Shown: piece after piece, positions 22,547 to 34,735 of the stretch
Layout of the letters: each line of letters begins with the position of its first letter
Position numbering within the stretch: position 1 is the first letter of the stretch
Assembly (NCBI RefSeq): GCF_006345805.1
Contig: NC_043020.1
Coordinates: forward strand, 7,068,001 to 7,132,000
Direction: 5' to 3'
DNA length: 64,000 bases
DNA from: Octopus sinensis
Taxonomy: Eukaryota
Notes under the pieces: generated by a model
The model's input: the letters and a program-made list of their open reading frames with translations, nothing else
Told to the model about the DNA's origin: nothing
Database searches by the model: none
Program-made: the position numbers and the translations under genes

Positions 22547-24429
22547 CTACCAAGCAAAAGGCTGAGAGCCTTTTCATCCATCTTTACACTCTAAGTTCAA
22601 ATCCTGCCAAACCAAACTTTTCGTCCTTTCAGGGGGGGTCAACAAATTAAGTACCAGCGAGACACTGGGGTTGATGTAAATCGACTAGTCCCCTTCCTAA
22701 AATTTGAGGCCTTGTGCTTTTAGTAAAAAGGAGTAAGTTTTAATCTCTTTCGTCCTTCTGTGGTTTTGAGAAAATAAAGTACCAGTCATGTACTGGGGTC
22801 AAAGTATCAACTGGTCCCTTTCCCATTTTAGAAAGGATTACTGCTAATAATCTTTTCGGGGTCTATAAAATTAAGTGCCAGTCAATGCTACTTTGGGAGG
22901 AAAGGATAGGAATGAAGGGAGAGAAGGAGGAAGGGAGTGAGAGCGTTTGTGGATGTATTAAGGGTGGTTTATAAGGATTTAGTAGGGAATTAGGGGCTGA
23001 AGGTGGTGGTGCATGTGTGGAAGTATACAGGGCCCTAGGATAGATTTAGGGATGTAGATAGGGCTGAAAGGGAGAGCATATGTGTTGTGTATTAAGGGTG
23101 GAAGATGGGGGTGGTTAGAATGAAGTTAGTATGTTTCTATATGTAGGGTGGGGAGGAGGGAGCAGTAGTCAGGGGCTTAGGGTGGAGTTAGTGTATGGGT
23201 GATGTTAGGGGGCAGTAGATAGGGTTATAGAATGGAGAGAGATTGTGTGTGGGGGGGGAGTTTAGAAGATAGGGCTCTGAGATGGAGTGGGGCAAGTGAA
23301 AGCTGGGTAGTAATGGATAAGGGCAAGGGGACGGAATGGGGTAGATTGATAGAGGGTATAGCAGGGAGATGGAAAATGAGAGGGAAAAACACACACACAG
23401 AGGGAAGGATGGGAAGGTTAGTCGGGTGGGGTGGGATTGGGGGCATGGGGGTGCACGGGGTGGGTGGGTGGGTCAGGAATTGCTTCAGTTGGGCAGAAAT
23501 GTAATGTTTACATCATCTGTCACTACCACAAACTGGGAGGGTGGCGAATGGGGGGGTGGAGTAGCGGATGGTAATAGGAGGGGGCGGGGCAGGGTAGAGG
23601 GTGAGATCTCTGTGGTGATGATGGCAGAGGAAGGGGGGATCGTGGGAGGAGGTGGGGGCAGCTATTGTCTTACTTCATAGTTGGGAGTGGTGGATGGAAG
23701 GGTGTGCTGATGGGGTGGGGTGGGGGTGAGATTATGACTTAACATCATGGCAGGGAGGGGTGTGAGTGGGTAAGTGGATTGAAAGTGGTGGTGGTGGTGG
23801 TGGTGGGTAAAGAAGTCGTCATATTTGTTGCTGTTGTTGTTTAACCCCAGGTCAATCTCCATCAAGAAGACCAACATATATAACCATACATATTCCAATC
23901 ATGACCACCTCATTTATTATTGTTCTTTACTTATGTGCAAGGACGCCATAGCCACATTATTCAAGGTACCCTCAATCTTATATTTTGTGTGTGTGTGTGT
24001 GTGTGTGTGACAGTAGAGTGTGAGCTGTAGGGGATTTAGCTGCTATTTCTAGCACATCTGGCGACCATATAAAGGGTTCCCCCTCTCCGCATTAGTTTGA
24101 CTTCGTAGTAGGAGTGGTGAAGGTAGTATGGGGGGAGGAGGAGTTGTCTTGGTTCAGAGGTGTGGGTGGGAAGAGCTGGTGTTACACAAGCAGACAGATG
24201 GAAGAAAGGGAGCAGTGGATGGAGGGCACAGGTGAAGGAGGAGGAGGTGTATGTTCTAGCTGTTTCCTTTAACATGTTTTAGTTATAAGATCGCGGTCAT
24301 GCTGGGGCACTGCTTAGAAGAATTCCTAATTGAATGAATTGACCTAGTTTCTTTTAGCCAAATTGCTAAGTTATAGGGACATAAACACACCAACACTGGT
24401 TGTCAAGTGGTGGTGGGAGACAAACAAAG

Positions 24430-24463
<34 letters not shown>

Positions 24464-24663
24464 GTACAAAGATTGCTTCCCAACCACATGGTTTGAGGTT
24501 CAGTCCCACTGCGTGACACCTTGGTCAAGTGTCTTCTGTAACCTCGGGCCAACCAAAGCTTTATGAGTGGATTTGGTGGACGGAAACTGAAAGAAGCTCA
24601 TCATATATATATATATATATATATGTGTGTGGGTGCATGTATTCATGCACACACACACACACA

Positions 24664-24700
<37 letters not shown>

Positions 24701-24904
24701 GTACAAAGTAAGATAGGAGTTATGAGGGTACCCACTATGGGATATCAGTTATCCAATATACTGCTGGTATATATATATATATATTATATATATATATATA
24801 TATATAAATATATATATATATGTTGTACTCTACAAAAGTATGGAGTAATCGTTCAGGTTCATATAAAATTGTTTTTTATCTTTACTAAACATAAAATCAA
24901 ACAA

Positions 24905-25660
24905 AACAAGGTATCAAAACGTTCCCTGATTAGTTCTGTAGCATACCAACAGATGGCAGCACATGGCTGCAAGTGCACTGATAGCAAGCAGTGACCTTCA
25001 TGAAGCAGTGTGTCGTGCGACGTCACTGTGTTCACTTTGCAAGTTGTGATATTTGTGGTTTAGTTATCATGGGTTTGCTGTAGCCTGCAATTTTTGACAT
25101 GGACAGGGAAAACGCATCCTTAATTGTAGAATTCCCCTCACAAAGCAGACAGTTGTTTCTGTTGTACTAAGAATGCCAACAGATGGCAGCCATGGATGCA
25201 AGTGCACTGATAGCAAGCAGTGACCTTCATGAAGCAGTGTGTCGTGCGACGTCACTGTGTTCACTTTGCAAGTTGTATATTTGTGGTTTAGTTATCATGG
25301 GTTTGCTGTAGCCTGCAATTTTTGACATGGACAGGGAAAACGCATCCTTAATTGTAGAATTCCCCTCACAAAGCAGACAGTTGTTTCTGTTGTACTAAGA
25401 ATGCCAACAGATGGCAGCACATGGTTGCGTGTCCAGTGAGAGCTAGCAGTGGCCTTCATGGGACAGTGTGCCTAATGACATTGCTCTGTTTACTTCACAA
25501 GTCGTGAAATTTGTGTTTCTGTGATCAAGCATATGCTGTAGTCTGTGATTTTTGTCATGGACTAGAACAAAGAGCCAATGTGAAATTTTGTATTATACTA
25601 AGGAAGTCTGATACAGACTTTACAGACATTTACAGGAAGTCTGCTACAGACATTTAGCAT
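24905..25660 (+). mobile_element. Mariner 5' end with an internal tandem triplication (230 and 228-bp periods)
   Basis: CCAACAGATGGCAGC at 24946, 25176 and 25404; the third unit runs into LEQRANVKFCIILRKSDTD, like the mariner EQR..IKFC.KLGKS.TET start. Confidence 0.7.
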
Positions 25661-25744
25661 TTTTCCTGGCCTTATTATTATCACTGACATAAATGGCCAT
25701 TCCCCTCTAAGGAACAACCACAGTAATGATGATGATGATAATAA

Positions 25745-26580
25745 ACCCTTTCTACTATAGGCACAAGGTCTCAAATTCTGGGGAGGGGCCAGTCAATGTC
25801 ATCGACCCCAGTATGCAACTGGTACTTATTTTATCAACCCTGAAACAGCGAAAAGGAAAGCTGAACTTGGAGGAATTTGAACTCAGAATGTAAAGATGGA
25901 CAAAATAAAACTGAGCATTTGGTGCAACACTAACAATGCTGCCAGCCTGTTGCCAGAATAACGAGGAGTTCAAATTTTGGCACTAGGCCAGCAATTTCAG
26001 GGAATGAAATTGACCCCCAGTACTCAACTGATATTTATTTTATTGACTCCGAAATGATGAAAGGCAAAGTTGACCTTGGCAGGATTTGAACTCAGAACTC
26101 AGCATTTTGCCTGGCATGCTAACAATTCTGCCAGCAACGATTTCAAATTTTGGCACAAGGTCATTAATTTCATGAAAGGGAGCCAGTCAATTACATCAAC
26201 CCCAGTGCTCAACTGGTACTTAATTTATTGACCCCGAAACAATGACAGGCAAAGTCGACCTCGGCAGAATTTGAACTCAGAATATAAAGGAGGGCGAAAT
26301 GCCACGAAGCATTTTGCCCAGTGTACAAATAATTCTGCCAGCTCACCACTTTGATAGTAATAATCCTTGCTACTAAAGGAACAAGCCTGAAATTTGGGGA
26401 GAGGGGACTAGTCGAATACATCAACCCCCAGTGTTTTACTGGTACTTAATTTATTGACCACAAAAGGATGAAATGCAAAGTTGACCTCTGCTGAATTTGA
26501 ACTCAGAATGTCTTTAAGATTAACAAAATACCACTAAGCATTTTGCCCAGTGTGCTAACAATTCTGCCAGCTCACTGCTT
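25745..26580 (-). mobile_element. Cluster of about 4 SINE family B copies
   Basis: Repeated GAAAGGCAAAGT(C/T)GACCT..GAATTTGAACTCAGAA on the + strand. Confidence 0.75.
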
Positions 26581-26584
26581 AGTA

Positions 26585-26715
26585 ATAATGATAAGAAGAA
26601 AGAAAGTCAAGAAGTACCAAGATTTAGTGTTGGAAGAATATAGAAAGACTCCACAGACCGGCAAAAGTGAGTGTGGTACCTTTTGCGATCAGTACACTCA
26701 GGACCATCCCAAAGA
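26585..26715 (+). mobile_element. RLE-domain fragment of an R4/Dong-like LINE (frameshifted)
   Basis: KKVKKYQDLVLE / IERLHRPAKVSVVPFAISTLRTIPK, similar to the KYQDL..EI.RLW..KV.VVP.VIGALG.IPK motif. Confidence 0.6.
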
Positions 26716-26721
26716 GGGCAA

Positions 26722-27416
26722 TCATCATCATCATTTAGCATCCGCTTTCCATGCTAGCATGGGTTGGATGGTTCAACTGGGGTCTGTGAAGCCAGAAGGC
26801 TGCATCGGCCCAGTCTGATCTGGCAGTGTTTCTACGGCTGGATGCCCTTCCTAACGCCAACCACTCCGTGAGTGTAGTGGGTGCTTTTTACGTGCCACCG
26901 GCACAGGTGCCAGACGGGGCTGGCAAACGACCATGGACAGATGGTGCTTTTTACGTGTCACCGGCACGGGGGCCAGGCGAAGCTGGCAACGGCCACAATC
27001 GGATGGTGCCACCGGCACAGGGGCCAGGCGAGGCTGGCAAATGACCATGGATGGATGGTGCTTTTTACGTGTCACTGGCACGGGGGCCAGGCGAGGCTGG
27101 CAACGGCCACGATTGGATGGTGCTTTTTACATGCCACCGGCACAGGGGCCAGGCGAGGCTGGCAAACGGCCAAGGACGGATGGTGCTTTTTACGTGTCAC
27201 GGGCATGGGAGCCAGGCGAGGCTGGCAATGGCCACGATCGGATGGTGCTTTTTACGTGCCACCGGCACAGGGGCCAGGCGAGGCTGGCAAACGGCCACGG
27301 ATGGATGGTGCTTTTTACGTGTCACCGGCATGGGAGCCAGGCGAGGCTGGCAACGGCCACGATCGGATGGTGCTTTTTACGTGCCACCGGCACAGGGGCC
27401 AGGCGAGGCTGGCAAA
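26722..27416 (-). mobile_element. SINE family C with an internal tandem array of about nine 61-63-bp units
   Basis: Alternating A and B units GATGGTGCTTTTTACGTG(C/T)CACCGGCA.. from 26880 to 27416. Confidence 0.85.
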
Positions 27417-27833
27417 ATACCAAACTTCTTAGGAAGTATTCAGACGGCAGCAAGATGGAGCTTAGACATGGCACAGATAACTCAGGAGAAATTAGGATAA
27501 TTAATAATAATAATAATAATAGGAGGAGGAGACTGGGTGTGGTAACAACAATGACACGTATAATGATTCAGTGATTCAGTAGATAGGGGTTTGAGATGGG
27601 GAGTGACAGAATGAGAGCAGAGGGAGATGGAGAAGACCCCACTGATCAGGTTACAAGACAATATTTACAACATACAATACATAACAGACACAGAGACAGC
27701 GAGTGTATAGTTGCACACAGCATACAAAAGTATAACATACCAGAATACACCACTACACAAACACATCATTTATATTTTTATTTATTCATATATATATATT
27801 ATATATATTATATATATATTAAATATAGGTGTG

Positions 27834-27877
<44 letters not shown>

Positions 27878-28029
27878 TAGCTGAGTTAGAGGTTAAAATA
27901 GTTGCCTAAGGGATAAAAGTATCTATTATACTACCAGTGTATTACCTATATTTAAACATGGACAAATATGTTATGCTCATAAATTATAGGTAAAGACAAG
28001 GATAAAGAGGAGTTTATCAGGAATCAAAA

Positions 28030-28195
28030 TTTAAAGGAAACAGAAAATGGAGAAAACTTTGATGAACAACAATTGATATGCATCAATTATTATTTATTAA
28101 TTATTTACAAAATGACTGCATTGTAAATAATTAATAAATAATAATTGATGCAAATCAATTGTTCAGTGTTATCTCCATTTTCTGTTTTCTTTAAA
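28030..28195. mobile_element. AT-rich palindromic (hairpin) element
   Basis: TTTAAAG.AAACAGAAAATGGAGA..GCATCAATTATTATTTATTAATTATTTACAA / TTGTAAATAATTAATAAATAATAATTGATGC..TCTCCATTTTCTGTTTTCTTTAAA. Confidence 0.8.
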
Positions 28196-28267
28196 TATAT
28201 ATATATATGTATGCATATTATATATATGTACATACATACATGTGTGTGTATTATATGTATGTGTGTG

Positions 28268-28497
28268 AAGGTGGCGAGCTGGTAGAAACGTTAGCATGCC
28301 GAGCGAAATGCGTAGCCGTATTTCGTCTGCCGTTACATTCTGGGTTCAAATTGCGCCGAGGTCGACTTTGCCTTTTATCCTTTCGGAGTCGATAAATTAA
28401 GTACCAGTTACACACTGGGGTCGATGTAATCGACTTAACCCGTTTGTCTGTCCTTGTTTGTCCTTTCTGTGTTTAGCCCCTTGTGGGTAGTAAAGAA
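28268..28497 (+). mobile_element. SINE family B, long-tail form
   Basis: GGTGGCGAGCTGGTAGAAACG..GCCCCTTGTGGGTAGTAAAGAAATA. Confidence 0.9.
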
Positions 28498-28867
28498 ATA
28501 TATGTATGTGTGTGTATATAATATGTACAAATGTATGTGTGTAACTATAGATATGTCTAGCTGTACGTGTTTATATATAGACATATATATATAGACACAC
28601 ACATACACATGCCTAAAATGACTATAGATGACTATGTGAACCAACAAAGGAGCTTATGTGGTCACTCATCCTCTAGAAATAGCAGTAAAATCTCCTTCCT
28701 GTCCCAAGTTACAAGCTGAAATTGAAATACACTGAATAATGTAGTCCAAGATACACTGTGACAGACAAAGAGACACTATGGCTATCATTGAGTATAGATT
28801 TCCAACACTCACAGGTTACTTCCATGACTCAGTAAATATTCCCTCACTGGCTCAACAGCAATTCCCT

Positions 28868-29580
28868 TTGCAGGCTCAGTAATGACCCCCTTCGCAGGCT
28901 CCGTAATGACCCCCTTCACAGGCTCCGTAATGACCCCCTTCGCAGGCTCCATAATGACCCCCTTCGCAAGTGCCATAATGACCCCCTTCACAGGCTCCGT
29001 AATGACCCCCTCGCAGGCTCCGTAATGACCCCCTTCGCAGGCTCCGTAATGACCCCCTCGCAGGCTCCGTAATGACCCCCTTCGCAGGCTCCGTAATGAC
29101 CCCCTTTGCAGGCTCCGTAATGACCCCCTTTGCAAGCTCCATAATGACCCCCTTCACAGGCTCTGTAATGACTCCCTTCGCAGGCTCCATAATGACCCCG
29201 TCACAGGCTCCATAATGACCCTCTTTGCAGGCTCCATAATGACTCCCTTTGCAAGCTCCATAATGACCCCGTCACAGGCTCCATAATGACCCTCTTTGCA
29301 GGCTCCATAATGACCCTCTTTGCAGGCTCCATAATGACTCCCTTTGCAGGCTCCATAATGATCTCTTCACAGGCTCAGTAATGATCCCTTTACAGATTCA
29401 GTAATGATACCTTTGCAGGCTCAGTAATGATCCCTTTGCAGGCTCAGTAATGATCCCTTTGCAGGCTCAGTAATGACCCCCTTCGCAGGCTCCCTAATGA
29501 ACCCCTTTGCAAGCTCCGTAATGACTCCCTTTGCAGGCTCTGTAATGACCCCCTTTGCAGGCTCAGTAATGATCCCTTCC
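28868..29580 (+). repeat. 24-bp minisatellite, about 30 copies
   Basis: Unit GCAGGCTCCGTAATGACCCCCTTC with no spacers. Confidence 0.95.
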
Positions 29581-30407
29581 CTGGCCCAGTAGGGGTTACA
29601 TCATTGGCTCCAAAGAGGTTCCACCACTAACTCATTTTCCTCTTGTAGTTCCCAACATTGGCACAACCCCTCCAACCCCCCCAAACCCCACACACACCCG
29701 TCTCTTTTTCTCGGTTGCTATTTCCGCCCAACACAAGCACCAAAACATATGCATCTCTTCATCTCGCTTCCTTTCACCACCACCACAAGACCATATCAGA
29801 CCATACTCTACCTCCAATTCTCGTACCTTACACAAGAATACATGCCTTTTTCTCTCTCTCTCTCTCTCTCTCCTTCTCTCATCACATCTCAGATTACATT
29901 GCAATGTGTGTGTGAGTGTATGTATGTGTGTGTGTGTGTTTGTAGGAGTGGTATCAAACCCACCACCCTGCACCAGACACAAACAAACAAACATTTAATC
30001 CAAAATCTTCAAGAATATTCAATCTTAAATTCTTCAGGAATAAACATTGAGAAAAATCTAGTCCCTTTTATTTACCAAAATGATTAGAGGGTTATTTCAC
30101 AGACATCTTAAATTTTTTTTTCTCTCTCCACTCACGTGTCCAGGAAGGCTACAGAAATTCTTCACACATACCAAAATCTTGAGATATTTCTAAATATGCT
30201 TCAAACTAAAGAAAAAAAAAAAAACAGAAAAAAAAATCATATTTGTTTACCTAATTCCTAAATACCAATTCCATGTTGGTTTACTTTCCGTGTAATCTTA
30301 TTTATTCCTGTTCTTCAAATGATGAAAGCAAAGAATCAACAGACATTCTGACCATGACACATGAAACAAACCATTCTGTGAGGTTCTCACAACCAGTCTA
30401 AGCACTT

Positions 30408-30619
30408 TACTCTTTACTCTTTTACTTGTTTCAGTCATTTTGACTGTGGCCATGCTGGAGCACCGCCTTTAGTCGAGCAAATCGACCCCGGGACTTATTC
30501 TTTGTAAGCCCAGTACTTATTCTATCGGTCTCTTTTTGCCGAACCGCTAAGTGACGGGGACGTAAACACACCAGCATCGATTGTCAAGCAATGCTAGGGG
30601 TACAAACACAGACACACAA

Positions 30620-30664
<45 letters not shown>

Positions 30665-30830
30665 TACGACAGGCTTCTTTCAGTTTCCGTCTACCAAATC
30701 CACTCACAAGGCATTGGTCGGCCCGGGGCTATAGCAGAAGACACTTGCCCAAGATGCCACGCAGTGGGACTGAACCCGGAACCATGTGGTTGGTTAGCAA
30801 GCTACTTACCACACAGCCACTCCTGCACCT
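30408..30830 (-). mobile_element. SINE family A, full length
   Basis: As for 20584-20985. Confidence 0.9.
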
Positions 30831-31034
30831 TTGTCTTCTTTTTTTTTTATTTGTGCTGAAACCTTCTTGCACTTGCAAGAAACACTGTCACTAACAAGTA
30901 GGACAATATGGTAAATGCCGTCATAATTATCACCTAACATCTGGTTTCCATGCTGGCATGGGTTGGGTGGTTTGACTGGAAACTAATAAACTGGGGAGCT
31001 GTACTAAGTTCCAATCTGATTTGGCATGGTTTCT

Positions 31035-31245
31035 TATTTCTTTACTACCCACAAGGGGCTACACAAAGAGGGGACAAACAAGGACAAAGGGATTAAGTCG
31101 ATTATATTGACCCAGTGCATCACTGGTACTTATTTGACTCCAAAAGGATGAAATGCAAAGTCGACCGTAGCAAAATACCCCTAAATAGACGAAATACCGC
31201 TAAGCATTTCGCCCGGCGTGCTATCATTTCTGCCAACTTGCCACC
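31035..31245 (-). mobile_element. SINE family B inserted into a SINE C remnant
   Basis: Long-tail B copy; SINE C pieces at 30930-31034 and 31246-31400 flank it. Confidence 0.7.
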
Positions 31246-31987
31246 TGATTTGGTTTCTATGGCTGGATGACCTTCCTAATGCCAACACTTCAAAGGTGTA
31301 GTGGGTGCATTTTACGTGTCACTGGTATGGGTGCTAGTTATGTTACACCAGCATTAGCCAAGCGTGACCTCACTTGGTTTGACAGGTCTTCTCAAGCATG
31401 GTATACTGCCAAAGGTTTCAGTCACTTGTGTTTTACTTGCTTCCTCTTGTTCTCTGCACTCCACAATGCATCGTTGCCCTCTGCTGAACCATGAAGGTTT
31501 CTTCAACATAGTCTGCCAGACCAGGTTTTCACGTGCATGGGGAGGCAAGCCTCATCTCACCAAGCATGACATGTCCTTTAGCAAAGCCTTGTGAGTGAGT
31601 TTGGTAGATGGAATCAAAGAAATCAGACAGACAGACAGACAAGTGTGCATGTGTATGTGTGTCTATCATTGTTTCCACTCTCCCATGAAAACAAGTCCGG
31701 CCATGTGAAAATTACCTTATTTGGAAAAAGGGTGAGGGTTGGTGACAGAAAAGGCATCCAGCCGTACATAGAAAATCTGCCTCAACAAATTCCATCTGAC
31801 CCATGCAAGCATGGAAAAAAGATGGATGTTATATAATGAAGAATAATCTTAAAGACACCAACACCAAAATTAAAATAGCAAACAGAAATTATCTCAACAT
31901 CAAGAACAAAATATTGAATATTACCTTGGCCCCTGGTAAATCACACAAGCAATTTGCATCTACAAGCTAACAATGGAAACTGTAAGC

Positions 31988-32244
31988 CAGTTGTTCTCAA
32001 CCATTTTTTACTTATGGCCCCCACCCTTTTGAGCCCTATTTTAATCTAAGAACCCTCATAGCCATTTGATGCTTCAAAAAATCTCATTTCTTTCAATTAA
32101 ATATTGTTAAGAATTATATTTTAAAAAATTTTAATATTTTGTGTCTTGTAGAAGTTCAACTAAATTTATTGCAGATAAATTTGAACAACAAAATCTTATG
32201 TGGGCCCCAACAAGGGTCATATGAACCCTAGTTGAGAACCAATG
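31988..32244. mobile_element. hAT-type MITE
   Basis: TIRs CAGTTGTTCTCAAC / GTTGAGAACCAATG; 8-bp flanks CTGTAAGC / CTCTATGC. Confidence 0.65.
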
Positions 32245-32624
32245 CTCTATGCAGTAACTCAATTTACTAGAAATACCAGTCAAATCCCCACTCAAATCGA
32301 ACCTTTGTCTTGAATATAGAACAACATACCAGACAATCTAGTTGTTGATATGCAGAGAAGAAAAAAATACATGATTGTCATATTTGGAATGCCTTTGATC
32401 AGAGGTTTACTCAATCAGTTCTGACTAGCATCTAAATAAAAAAAATACCAACTACATTGAGGTGGATTTTTTATTTGGGAAAGGGGCTCTTTATTATTAT
32501 TATATATATTTTTTTTGTCTTTCCTATTTTCTGCATGTGACATGTTTTGTTAAGGTTTCTTCTGTCTTTGAAATTACTTTACTCCAACAATCATCAACTG
32601 AAGACACATTAAACAGATCCATAG

Positions 32625-32713
<89 letters not shown>

Positions 32714-32927
32714 TACACATACATATATATGGATATATTTACATGAATGCATACAAATATATGTAAATATACATATATAAATATATGCAAATCTGTGTGT
32801 GTGTGTGTGTGTGCAGATAGATTTATTTAAATGATATCTTTACTGAATGGATTACTGCTTTTTGTTGATCCTGCCAACAATGGAACAGTATACTCTCTTC
32901 CTGTACGTGTGTATGTGTGTGTATGTA

Positions 32928-32973
<46 letters not shown>

Positions 32974-33298
32974 TATATACACAACTGAATAAATAAGAGG
33001 CAGTCAGCCCCGAGGAATAAAAAAAAGATTAACAACCCAAATGTCTGACTGTTTAACAAGTTTCATGGTTGAACAATAAGAATTTACTTCACAGATATTT
33101 CACAAGAAAAAAAACCAGAGAGAGAGAGATGATAAAATCTACACAAAAAACTAGCTTCAGCATTGGCAGCAGCAACTCTGTCAAAAAGGCAAATCCCTGG
33201 AGAGATTCTGAGAGAAATTCCTTGGCTGTTCCTTCCTGTTGCTGCTACTGTTGTTGTATAAGAATAAGGAACAAAAACAACTGCTGTATATAACTGTT

Positions 33299-33348
<50 letters not shown>

Positions 33349-33394
33349 AACACACACACATACATATACAGAGACTGACAGACAGATAGACAAA

Positions 33395-33725
33395 TTAATA
33401 GACCCAATACATAGACAGACAGATGGGGGATAGACAGACAGACAAATCGATAGACTGATAGATAAACAGATAGACCAATAGATAGACAGAGATAAACAGA
33501 TAGACCAATAGATAGACAGAGAGATAAACAGATAGACCAATAGATAGACAGAGAGATAAACAGATAGACCAATAGATAGACAGAGAGATAAACAGATAGA
33601 CTGATAGATAAACAGATAGACCAATAGATAGAGAGATAAACAGATACATAGACAGGCAGACCAACAGACAGACAGACTGACAGAGAGACTAAAAAACAGA
33701 TAGACAGGCATGCAGGCAGACAGAC
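33395..33725. repeat. GATA/GACA-based minisatellite, about 30-32-bp unit
   Basis: AGACAGAGAGATAAACAGATAGACCAATAGAT repeated. Confidence 0.85.
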
Positions 33726-33784
33726 AAAATATATATTCTCTTTTACTCGTTTCAGTCATTTGACTGTGGCACCTGAAGAAACAT

Positions 33785-34085
33785 TCGAGTGAGGTCATTG
33801 CCAGTGCCACTGGACTGGCTCTTGTGCAGGTGGCACGTATAAAACACCATTTGAGCCATTGCCAGTACCACTTGACTGGCCCTCGTGCTGGTGGCACATA
33901 AAAGCACCCACTACACTCTCGGAGTGGTTGGCATCAGGAAGGGCATCAAGCTGTAGAAACTGCCAAATCAAGAATGGAGCCTGTTGCAGCCATCTGGTTC
34001 GCCAGTCCTCAGTCAAATCGTCCAACCCATGCTAGCATGGAAAGCAGACATTAAACGATGATGATGATGATGATGATGATGATAT
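33785..34085 (+). mobile_element. SINE family C
   Basis: GGTGGCACATAAAAGCACCC..GGAAGGGCATC..CCATGCTAGCATGG..(GAT)n. Confidence 0.8.
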
Positions 34086-34086
34086 T

Positions 34087-34253
34087 GAGAAAAAGGAGAC
34101 AGTCAGAATTTTGGATAATACTTTATTAGCGCTTTTGTTTGTTTACTGAACTCAAGACAAAATCAGAATTTCAACTTTGTTTTGACAAGTTTGATAAACA
34201 AACGAAAGCGCTAACAAACAATTATCTAAAATTCTGACTGCCTCCTTTTTCTC
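34087..34253. mobile_element. Palindromic hairpin element
   Basis: GAGAAAAAGGAG.CAGTCAGAATTTT..TTAGCGCTTT.GTTTGTTTA / TAAACAAACGAAAGCGCTAA..AAAATTCTGACTG.CTCCTTTTTCTC. Confidence 0.8.
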
Positions 34254-34297
34254 CATATACAATATCTGTACATCACTTCAAACACTATACACATATA

Positions 34298-34376
34298 TAT
34301 GCTTCATTAATAAAGCTGCAAAGACATCACAAAAACTGTTTTTGTGATGTCCTTGTAGCTTTATTAATGAAGCATA
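34298..34376. mobile_element. Short near-perfect palindrome
   Basis: ATGCTTCATTAATAAAGCTGCAAAGACATCACAAAAA-CTG-TTTTTGTGATGTCCTTGTAGCTTTATTAATGAAGCAT. Confidence 0.85.
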
Positions 34377-34468
34377 TTACTCTGCCTCCAGTTTTCAAAT
34401 ACTATTTTTTCTACCTTGTTTCACATTTATGCGCTTACTCTGGTATATATATATATATATATATATAT

Positions 34469-34735
34469 CTGCCTGGCGTCGGACAGTGAGGAAAGGCGTT
34501 TCCATGGCTGAGGAAAGGAGAGCACAGCTGTGGTCGGACAGGCGGGACAGGAGGAGGACAACTGCAGCAACACCCCACACGTACCCATCGATGTTAGTGT
34601 GCAGCAACTGTACCAGGGACTGCCACTCTAGAATTGGATTGTTCAGTCACAGCAGACGCTGCTCATCATCAAAGTAGGCCCCACCCTTGGCGCGACCCAT
34701 TGTCTATCAAGACAGACGGGAAAGAATATCAGGAT
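34469..34735 (+). mobile_element. RTE LINE 3' end with C-terminal zinc knuckle
   Basis: AWRRTVRKGV..EERR....DRR.RR..CSNCTRDCHSRIGLFSHSRRC* plus the RTE-like tail CCATTGTCTATCAAGACAGACGG. Confidence 0.85.

Noticed and set aside
26881-27574. ORFs of 149-213 aa with repeated motifs, and a possible repeat-spacer array
   Set aside because: Tandem amplification inside a SINE; the units are homologous along their whole length.
28809-29190. Repetitive ORFs and a CRISPR-like appearance
   Set aside because: Contiguous 24-bp units with no unique spacers, eukaryotic context and no cas genes; it is a VNTR.
30125-30215. Donor-like GTGAGT (minus strand) with upstream AG sites, a candidate next exon
   Set aside because: Frames contain stops or show no resemblance to the expected xCGCPLYWK exon.
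32524-32625. Minus-strand MDLFNVSSVDDCWSK.. mini-ORF
   Set aside because: Short, no recognisable homology and no good donor.
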